NCBI GenBank assembly: GCA_040905425.1
Contig: JBBDRO010000025.1
Coordinates: 1-37,021, forward strand
Reading direction: 5' to 3'
From: Gemmatimonadota bacterium
GTDB taxonomy: Bacteria > Gemmatimonadota > Gemmatimonadetes > Longimicrobiales > RSA9
DNA length: 37,021 nt
Numbering within the stretch: the first letter of the stretch is position 1; the number at the start of each line of letters is the position of its first letter. The notes under the pieces were generated by a model, which was not told the DNA's origin, searched no databases, and was given only the letters and a program-made list of their open reading frames with translations. Of this stretch, positions 1-6,669 are shown piece after piece. A program made the translations under genes and the position numbers.

Positions 1-64
1 GCCGCGATCCGCCGCGATCCGCCGCGATCCGCCGCGATCCGCCGCGATCCGCCGCGATCCGCCG
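1..64. repeat. Tandem repeat, 10-bp unit GCCGCGATCC x6 plus partial copy, running off the window start
   Basis: Six exact copies at 1-60 followed by GCCG. Confidence 0.97.
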
Positions 65-212
65 AGGGGGCTACCTGTCGAGACGCCCTGAAAAATGCCC
101 TGGATCCGCCGTCGTTAATACATATGTTTCGATAGGCTCAATGCTTGCAATTCGTTGTGTTGTAACATCATGCCATCGAGCCACCCAGATTTATATTCAA
201 AAAACGACTCCA

Positions 213-234
213 ATAATACAGTATACAGTATTAT
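213..234. promoter_or_regulatory. 22-bp near-perfect palindrome, candidate transcription-factor operator (GntR-like GTATAC core)
   Basis: ATAATACAGTATACAGTATTAT, 10 of 11 pairs symmetric; lies in an AT-rich patch (111-240, about 37% GC by hand count). Confidence 0.5.
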
Positions 235-334
235 GGCCTAACCACGCGCCCTGGCCGAAAATTCTCAGGGCATTGTGAAACAGGTAACCTCCGGCAGGCA
301 GCTAGGCACCGCCGGCCGGCCCGGAGGCCCGCTC

Positions 335-360
335 CGACCTCATCGACCTCATCGACCTCA
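335..360. repeat. 9-bp tandem repeat CGACCTCAT x3 at the stop codon of the TPP beta-subunit gene
   Basis: Copies at 335-343, 344-352 and 353-360; gives three in-frame TGA codons on the minus strand. Confidence 0.85.
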
Positions 361-954
361 CCCCTCCACGCCCAGCGCCGCGCGGAAGTGCCGCGACCAG
401 TCGGCCAGCGACGTCCTGAGGTAGCGCGCCTCCTCCTCCGCGCTCCGCCCGATGGGGCCCTGCTCGCCGGGGGCCATCGCCACCGCGGCGAACACGGGCC
501 CGGCGGCGGAGAGCAGGCGGGGCAGGGCCTCAGCCCAGGCTGCCGCCTGGCTGAAGCGCTCGGCCACCGGGAACCCCGCCGCGCGCGCCAGCCCCACCCA
601 GTCCACCATGGCCGCCCCCGGCACAGGCTGGTTGCCGGTGATCTCGTACGTGCCGTTCTCCAGCACCACCAGCACAAAATTCTCCGCCCCCGCCGCCGCG
701 GCCGTGACCAGCGTGCCCAGGCTCATCAGCATGCTGCCGTCGCCGTTCAGGCACACGACCCGCCGCTCCGGGCGGGCCAGCGCCACACCCAGCGCCAGGT
801 CCGCCGCGTGGCCCATGGCGCTGTCCGCCGAGGCGAAGTCCAGGTCGTGGTCGGAGAGGCGGCCCCAGGGACGCGTGGGCGCCATGGTGGCCACCACCAC
901 CTCGTTCGTGCGGAGCCGCGCCAGCGGCTCGAGCAGTTCGGGCGTGGTCAGCAC
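358..954 (-). CDS. TPP-dependent decarboxylase beta subunit (sulfopyruvate/phosphonopyruvate decarboxylase, ComE-like)
   Basis: SAMGH, TPP-binding motif GDGSMLM...VLENGTYEITG; 198 aa; adjacent to alpha subunit. Confidence 0.85.
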   Translation of the reverse strand: MLTTPELLEPLARLRTNEVVVATMAPTRPWGRLSDHDLDFASADSAMGHAADLALGVALARPERRVVCLNGDGSMLMSLGTLVTAAAAGAENFVLVVLENGTYEITGNQPVPGAAMVDWVGLARAAGFPVAERFSQAAAWAEALPRLLSAAGPVFAAVAMAPGEQGPIGRSAEEEARYLRTSLADWSRHFRAALGVEG

Positions 955-961
955 GCGCGCC

Positions 962-1510
962 TCACGTCAGGGCACCGGGCAGGAGGAGCGCCACGGGGCG
1001 TGCCGCGGAGCGCGCCTGGCGGAACGCCGCGCGCACGGCGGCGGGGACGTCGCTTTCAAGGGTGTGCCACGGGATGCCCCAGGCGTCCAGTGTGGGCAGG
1101 GTCATGAGCGCGGCGGAGTCCGCGTCGGGGCGCACGAGGTCCTCCCGCTCGTGGATGCCGGCAGCCGGATCCAGGCCGGCGGCCGCGGTCCGGGCGTGCC
1201 CCCGCCAGCCCACCAGCACCACCAGCGGGCAGCCCATGCGCGCCGCCGTGCCGCGCAGCGCGTCACCGCTCTCCAGCAGCCCCGTGTTCTGCACGCTGAC
1301 CAGCGGCACGGCGCCGCCCAGCCAGAGCCCGGCGGCCAGCCCGAAAGCTTCCCCCTCGCGGGTCACGGAGACCAGGCGGATGGCGGGGTGATCGGCCAGG
1401 GCGTGGAAGAGCGCGGCGCTGGCGTTGTCCGGCAGGCCCACCACGTGGGTCACGCCCGCCGCCTCCAGCGCCGCCACCAGCGCCCCGGCGCTCAGTGGGT
1501 CATGGACCAT
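962..1510 (-). CDS. TPP-dependent decarboxylase alpha subunit (ComD-like, TPP_enzyme_N)
   Basis: GVTHVVGLPD, VTREGEAFGLAAGLWLGG, QNTG motifs; start overlaps the DUF4159 stop. Confidence 0.85.
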   Translation of the reverse strand: MVHDPLSAGALVAALEAAGVTHVVGLPDNASAALFHALADHPAIRLVSVTREGEAFGLAAGLWLGGAVPLVSVQNTGLLESGDALRGTAARMGCPLVVLVGWRGHARTAAAGLDPAAGIHEREDLVRPDADSAALMTLPTLDAWGIPWHTLESDVPAAVRAAFRQARSAARPVALLLPGALT

Positions 1511-2340
1511 ACGGCTATGTTGATGCCCAGCGCGTACGCCGCCGGCGAGAAGGAGTTGAAGAACTGGTCATCCTCCCCCTCCCGCTCCCAGCCGTCGGCA
1601 ATGTCCGTGTTGTGCGTCATGATGACGAGCGGGCGCCCGTTGGCGTGGAAGATGGCGCGCAGGTGCGGCTCGGCGCTCTCGCGGCCGCGCTCCGAGGTCT
1701 CCACCCGACGGCCCTCGCGGCGCCAGAACTGGATGGAGGGGATCTGCGGCACCTCGTGCACCAGGTAGAGGGCGGAGAGGAGCGGATGGTCCGGCCCCAC
1801 GTCCACGATGTCGTGTTCGGGCAGGACGCGTCCGATGGCCCGCTCCCACTGCCGCCACGCCGCGTTGCCCCAGAAATCATCCACCCACAGGAAGCCGCCC
1901 TTCAGCAGGTAGTCGCGCAGGCGTACGGCCTCCACTTCGGAGAGCCTGATGGTCCCCACGTCGGACGCGAAAAGGAAGGGACAGCCGTAGAGTTCGGGGT
2001 CGGTGGGGCGCACCACGGCGTAGCCCGGCTCGCCATTGTCCCAGCGCGCGACGCGGACGTTGGTGAGCTCCTCGAAGCGGGTCATGAAGTTGTGGTCGGA
2101 GACGGGGTAGTCCGTGTTCCAGCCGTGGCCCATGGCTTCGCGACGATCGCTCTGGTAGAGGAGCCGGCAGAAGGTGAAGTCCCGGTTGACGTGGCCGCCG
2201 CGCTCGGGCAGTCCCTCGCGGATGGGGTTCGCGCGCCAGCCCCCGCCCCAGCCCTGGCGGATCTGCGCTGAGGCGGTGCCCAGCAGCACGAGCGCGCCGA
2301 CGGCGGCGAGCAGGACGGGCAGGCGGACAGGGCGGTGCAC
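1492..2340 (-). CDS. DUF4159 domain protein, secreted
   Basis: Signal peptide (ASA|Q); FTFCRLLY, WNTDYP, LRDYLLKGGFLWVDDFWG, NTDIADGWE, ALGINIAVWSMTH; GGAGG RBS. Confidence 0.85.
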   Translation of the reverse strand: MHRPVRLPVLLAAVGALVLLGTASAQIRQGWGGGWRANPIREGLPERGGHVNRDFTFCRLLYQSDRREAMGHGWNTDYPVSDHNFMTRFEELTNVRVARWDNGEPGYAVVRPTDPELYGCPFLFASDVGTIRLSEVEAVRLRDYLLKGGFLWVDDFWGNAAWRQWERAIGRVLPEHDIVDVGPDHPLLSALYLVHEVPQIPSIQFWRREGRRVETSERGRESAEPHLRAIFHANGRPLVIMTHNTDIADGWEREGEDDQFFNSFSPAAYALGINIAVWSMTH

Positions 2341-2425
2341 GGCGGGCTGGCCTCCTCCGGGCGTTGGGGGTGCAGGAAAGATAGGGGGAGGCCGCGGCCG
2401 CCCACAACGTTCGTGCGGCCCCGTG

Positions 2426-3673
2426 TCAGCCGTGGCGGCGGGCGCTCCCGCCGTCCGTGGTCATGTGGTGGCGGCCCACCGGCTGCCAGCCGGCGCGCCG
2501 GCCCGCCAGGTCGTCAATGGAGAAGAGGTGGCGAGTGCCGTCCTCCTCGCGCCGGAAGACCACCCGGGACCACCCCTGCATGGCCACCGGCCTGTACCAG
2601 TTCCGCCCCACGCGCAGCCGGTCCCCCGCAATGGCGTGGATGAGCGCGCGCTCGTAGCTGGAGCGGTCCAGCGAGGTGGTGGGGAACAGGTCATCCCAGC
2701 GGCACAGCCTGCCCACGTCCTCGTAGGCGGGCGGCCGGTCGGGCAACTCCAGCAGCACCGGCGAATCCCCGTGCAGTATGCTCTGCAGGAGGCGGCGCGT
2801 GAAGGGATCCGCCAGGTTGCGCAGCGCCGTCCCGAAATGGTCCAGCGTGCGTGCCGCGAGTTCGCGCAGGCTGAGTTGCTCGCCCGCGGTGGTGCGCCAG
2901 ACGGGCGCGTCGGGATCGGTGCGGAAGGGACTGGCCGGGTAGCAGTCCCAGCGCGCCAGCCAGCCCTGCCGGCTGGTGTGCGGCACCGGGTGGAAGCCGT
3001 CGATCACCGGCAGGCCGCGCTCGGCCAGCTCGGCCAGCTCGAAGGACGGCCAGTGCATGACCGTCCGCGCCACGGCCGCGATCACGGTGGCGGTGGCAAT
3101 CATGAGCGCCGGGCTCGGCGTGAAGTCCACCGTCACCTCAATGCGCTCGCCGCGCGGGCGCACGCCCACGCCGGTGGAGCGCGGATTGGTGGCCAGCAGC
3201 ATGACCGCCGGCGGCAGCAGGTAGCTCAATAGCAGCGCCAGCGCCTCCACCGTGCGCCCGTTGGTGCCGTCGCCGGTGAAGGAGATGTTGTAATGAGCGC
3301 TGAAGCCGGCCAGGCGCACGCTGCGGCCTGTGCGGCGCTCCCAGGCGTCCAGCTCGTCACGCGTGAAGCCGATGCCCTCCCAGAGCGAGCGGCCCGCCCG
3401 GGCCGCGCAGCCGCGCGCGATCTCGATCACGGGCGTGGCGATCTCGATGACGCCGGTATCGAAGTAGATGGCTCCACCGGTGGGCAGGTGGTAGGAGGTG
3501 CCCACGCGGTGCATGAGGGGGGCGCGCACGAAGCCGCGCGGTGAGCCGAAGAGCTTCTCGGGGCGCACCGGCCGCTCGTCCACGAACAGGGCGAATTCGG
3601 CCTCCAGCCCCATGGCCGCCAGGCGCAGGCGCTCTCCGCCAGGGGAACGATCGTGCAGCTTCTTCCGGGCCAA
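2426..3673 (-). CDS. PafA/Dop-like (glutamine synthetase/gamma-glutamylcysteine ligase fold) carboxylate-amine ligase
   Basis: GhExE motif MGLEAEF, GGAIYFDTGVIEIATP, GFSAHYNISF, RPRGERIEVTVD; TTG start after GGAGG; 5 nt from upstream stop. Confidence 0.65.
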   Translation of the reverse strand: MARKKLHDRSPGGERLRLAAMGLEAEFALFVDERPVRPEKLFGSPRGFVRAPLMHRVGTSYHLPTGGAIYFDTGVIEIATPVIEIARGCAARAGRSLWEGIGFTRDELDAWERRTGRSVRLAGFSAHYNISFTGDGTNGRTVEALALLLSYLLPPAVMLLATNPRSTGVGVRPRGERIEVTVDFTPSPALMIATATVIAAVARTVMHWPSFELAELAERGLPVIDGFHPVPHTSRQGWLARWDCYPASPFRTDPDAPVWRTTAGEQLSLRELAARTLDHFGTALRNLADPFTRRLLQSILHGDSPVLLELPDRPPAYEDVGRLCRWDDLFPTTSLDRSSYERALIHAIAGDRLRVGRNWYRPVAMQGWSRVVFRREEDGTRHLFSIDDLAGRRAGWQPVGRHHMTTDGGSARRHG

Positions 3674-3678
3674 GCGGG

Positions 3679-4326
3679 TCAGTCCTCCCGGTCCTCCTCC
3701 GGGCGGGCGTCGTCGCTCGCGTGCGCGCCCGGCTCCAGGCGCGGTTCCAGCAGCAGGTAGCCGATGTCGATGTGCAGGTGGTCGTCGGCCTCTCCGACGC
3801 CACTCCCGTACGGTCGTACCCAGAGCGCTGCTGACACCTTTCGTGCCAGCGCCGCGTAGCGCTCGATCGTCTCACGGCTCTCCAGCCAGTCGTCCCCCAC
3901 GCGGTAGACGTTGGCGGCGGTGCCCCAGCAGTGCGGCGAAGCGCCCCGCGTGAGCTGGTGGGCGGGCGTGCGGTAGCCGCCGTTCGCGGCCACGTGCACG
4001 TAGCTGCCCGCCGCCTGGCGGAACATCTCCAGGTGCGCCGCCAGCGCGCTCACCGCGCAGGGTACGTAGCGCGGGAAGAAGCGCTGCGCGGGCGCCTCCC
4101 GCACGTCCACGCCGATGAACTCCCAGAGCTTGAAGTTCGGCGTGAGCGGCAACTCGAGCGCCGTCTCCCAGGCGTCCACCCGGTAGAAGAGGGTGGGCAA
4201 GGCCCGCGCCGCGCCGTCCGCCGCCTCCAGCCGCTCCCCGGGCCGGAGGATGGCGCGCCAGTCCTGATCCAGGTGGCGCGCGTCCACGATGGGTAGCGGC
4301 AGCGCACCCTCAGGCATGCTTCCCAC
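3679..4326 (-). CDS. Peptidase M15-like (D-Ala-D-Ala peptidase/YcbK fold) protein
   Basis: NFKLWEF, GGYRTPAH, SPHCWGTAAN and HLHID match M15 SxHxxGxAxD and HxH; alternative start 4317; no signal peptide. Confidence 0.7.
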   Translation of the reverse strand: MGSMPEGALPLPIVDARHLDQDWRAILRPGERLEAADGAARALPTLFYRVDAWETALELPLTPNFKLWEFIGVDVREAPAQRFFPRYVPCAVSALAAHLEMFRQAAGSYVHVAANGGYRTPAHQLTRGASPHCWGTAANVYRVGDDWLESRETIERYAALARKVSAALWVRPYGSGVGEADDHLHIDIGYLLLEPRLEPGAHASDDARPEEDRED

Positions 4327-4368
4327 CCACGCGTTCGTAAGCGACGACGCCCCGCATCTTCCCGCGGC

Positions 4369-5208
4369 TCATCCGTCCGCCTGCCCGGTCACGTGTTCGT
4401 AGACGGCCTTCGAGATGGCGGCGATGGTGCCCTGCCGCTGGCCCGCTCCCTCCTCCCACTCCGTGAGCACCACCAAGACGTACGGCTCACCGCCATTCAC
4501 GTACACGATGCCGGCGTCGTGGGCCACGGTGGACATCTCGCCCGTCTTGTGGGCCACTCGTGTTTCGGCCGGCAGCCCCGCCGGAATGCCGCCGCGGAAT
4601 TCCTGGCCATGCAGGATGTCCAGCATGTGCTCGCACGCCTCCTCCGAGATGGCCCGCCCCTCCTCGATGGCCCGCAGGGCCTGCGCCAGGCCGCGGGCCG
4701 TGACGCGGTTGTTCACACCTGCCTCCCAGGCCGCCTCATCCTCCACGCCGCGCACGAATTCCATGCCGCCGAGCTCCAGGCGGCGGAGCGTGGCCCGCAC
4801 CCGCTCCGGGCCCAGGACGTCCACCAGCAGATTGGTGGCCAGGTTGCTGCTCGTGGTGATCATGTGCCGCGCCAGCTCCTCCACGGGGAGCATCTTGCCG
4901 CGCGCCTCGTGGACCGCGCTGTTGGCGTCACGCGCGGCGGCCAGGCGGTAGGGGCTGCCGTCGTACACGGAAAGAAACCGGTTGCGCACGTGGATGCGGG
5001 ACTGGAGCTCCAGGAGGCCGTCCGCCACCGCGTCGAACACCGCCAGCAGCACGGGAATCTTGACCGTGCTGGCGGCGTGGAACCAGCGTTCGGCGTTCAG
5101 CGTCCAGCCGGTGGCGTGGGCGTAGTCGTGCAGCGCCACGGCCACGGCGGTGGCGCCTGCATCCGCGGCAATCCGCTCGATCTGTTCGCGCAGGGAGGTC
5201 TCGGTCAT
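4369..5208 (-). CDS. Class A beta-lactamase-related serine hydrolase (Beta-lactamase2 family)
   Basis: SxxK (AASTVK), SxN (SSN), KTG (HKTG), HDAGIV; 279 aa from ATG 5208; no signal peptide. Confidence 0.9.
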   Translation of the reverse strand: MTETSLREQIERIAADAGATAVAVALHDYAHATGWTLNAERWFHAASTVKIPVLLAVFDAVADGLLELQSRIHVRNRFLSVYDGSPYRLAAARDANSAVHEARGKMLPVEELARHMITTSSNLATNLLVDVLGPERVRATLRRLELGGMEFVRGVEDEAAWEAGVNNRVTARGLAQALRAIEEGRAISEEACEHMLDILHGQEFRGGIPAGLPAETRVAHKTGEMSTVAHDAGIVYVNGGEPYVLVVLTEWEEGAGQRQGTIAAISKAVYEHVTGQADG

Positions 5209-5258
5209 TCTCGGTGCGGTCGGGTCAGCGGGCTCGCCCCGCCGGCGCGGGCCATCCT

Positions 5259-5274
5259 TGCATTTTCGGCGCCA
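5259..5274 (-). promoter_or_regulatory. Candidate sigma54 (-24/-12) promoter for the serine hydrolase-M15-PafA-like genes
   Basis: Minus strand TGGCGCCGAAAATGCA, GG-N10-GC spacing, about 50 nt upstream of ATG 5208. Confidence 0.45.
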
Positions 5275-5338
5275 CGGGCATGGGTGGCGTGACACGCGCT
5301 CTGCGCCCACGCCGCGCGGGGAACCACCGCAATCCGCG

Positions 5339-5719
5339 TCAGCGGTCCAGGCGCTCGATCCGCGTGTCCCCGCCCACGAAGACGTTCAGCAGCGCGCTCA
5401 CCACCGAGACCACGATGGCGCCCAGTAAAGCGGCGCCGAAGCCTGAAACCGTGAAGCCCAGCCCCAGCGCGCCCGACAGGGCGGCGGTGAGCTGCAGCAT
5501 GAGCGCGTTCAGGACCAGCAGGAAGAGCCCCAGCGTGAGCACCACCAGCGGACAGGTGAGCACCACCAGCAGCGGCCGCACGAGCGCGTTCACCGCCCCG
5601 AAGACCAGGGCCACGCCGAGCAGGCTCCAGCCGCTGCCACCGTGCTGGATGCCGGGTATGAAGCGCACCGCCACCCAGAGAGCGGCGGCCGTGACGAGGA
5701 GGCGGAGGAGAAAGCGCAC
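5339..5719 (-). CDS. 4-TM YvlD/DUF360 'phage holin family' membrane protein
   Basis: NALVRPLLVVLTCPLVVLTLGLFLLVLNALML signature; GGAG RBS plus GTG. Confidence 0.9.
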   Translation of the reverse strand: MRFLLRLLVTAAALWVAVRFIPGIQHGGSGWSLLGVALVFGAVNALVRPLLVVLTCPLVVLTLGLFLLVLNALMLQLTAALSGALGLGFTVSGFGAALLGAIVVSVVSALLNVFVGGDTRIERLDR

Positions 5720-5828
5720 AGCGTCTCCGGGCAGCGGGTCGAAAGGTCGTGGCGCAACGTGGGGTGGGGCCGCGTTTCAGGCAACGCCCCGGCCTCCACC
5801 TCCGCTCGACGGTGCGCTTGGCACGGGC

Positions 5829-5857
5829 TTGACAGGGGGATGCATCTCCGACACAAT
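5829..5857 (+). promoter_or_regulatory. Candidate sigma70 promoter
   Basis: TTGACA (5829-5834), 17 nt, CACAAT (5852-5857). Confidence 0.55.
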
Positions 5858-6107
5858 GGCGCTACCGGAAGCTGCGAGTGCTCGTGTGACGCCGGGCGTC
5901 GCGCCAGGCAGCCTCCGGATGGCCGGTCCATACGGACCGCCACGAGCCGTGTCTGGCGCCGCTCAATGGAGCGCAGGGGGGAATCGGCGGGGCGTAGGGG
6001 TGGCGGGAAGGGAACGGGGGCGAGCCGGCGTGACGCCAGGCATGGCGAGCGGACGATCACGGTCCGCGCAGACCGATACCCCATTCCCCCGTCACGAGGA
6101 GGACCCC

Positions 6108-6551
6108 ATGCGTACCTTGCCCATCGCTGTACTCGCCCTCACCCTGCCGCTGGCTGCCTGCGGCGGCGACGACGACGGCACCAGCCCGCCCTCCAACTTC
6201 GAGCTGGTCGTCATCGGCAGCCCGACCTTCATTGCGGCGCACAGCGGACAGGACATCCGCGCGGCCGTCGTGCGCGGTGGCCAGGTCGTGGCCACCAAGC
6301 AGAGCAAGATTGCCGTATCGGGTGATCGCGGCTTCGGCTTCACCTTCCCCGAGGTCCTGGAGAACGGCGCCAACCACGAATTCCACTACTGGATCGACTC
6401 CAATTTCGGCGGTGGGGTGGTCGGGGGTTGTGACGACCCCTCGATCGACCATCAGTGGCGGGTCGGCCTGGGCACCGCCGCGTCGAACAAGACCATCACG
6501 GAGGTCCACCGGCCGGCTGAGACCTCCGACGTGTGCGCCACCTTCGATTGA
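6108..6551 (+). CDS. Hypothetical lipoprotein, 147 aa
   Basis: GAGGAGG RBS, lipobox LAAC, typical codon usage; is the 3' part of ORF 5214..6551. Confidence 0.85.
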   Translation: MRTLPIAVLALTLPLAACGGDDDGTSPPSNFELVVIGSPTFIAAHSGQDIRAAVVRGGQVVATKQSKIAVSGDRGFGFTFPEVLENGANHEFHYWIDSNFGGGVVGGCDDPSIDHQWRVGLGTAASNKTITEVHRPAETSDVCATFD

Positions 6552-6669
6552 GCGTGGGCGCTAGCATGCCTGTCGATCGGGCGGCCGCGCGCCTATCTTG
6601 CCGGCCACCCTGACGAACCACGTTCCGCCGCGACGCGCGCGGATTCCCGTGTCTTCCGGAGGCCCGCGC

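Noticed and set aside
1..64. Terminal repeats as CRISPR array or telomere
   Set aside because: Units are 10 and 13 bp with no spacers, the two ends differ, and no cas genes are present
213..234. LexA SOS box
   Set aside because: Reads as a TACAGTA direct repeat and lacks CTG-N10-CAG
4369..5208. Beta-lactam resistance gene
   Set aside because: Fold motifs only; no signal peptide, SSN rather than SDN, no mobile context
5339..5719. Holin annotation as evidence of a prophage
   Set aside because: YvlD-type proteins are common chromosomal genes, and no phage genes are in the window
5819..5833. TGGCAC sigma54-like hits at 5819, 11129 and 36916
   Set aside because: No GC at the required GG-N10-GC spacing
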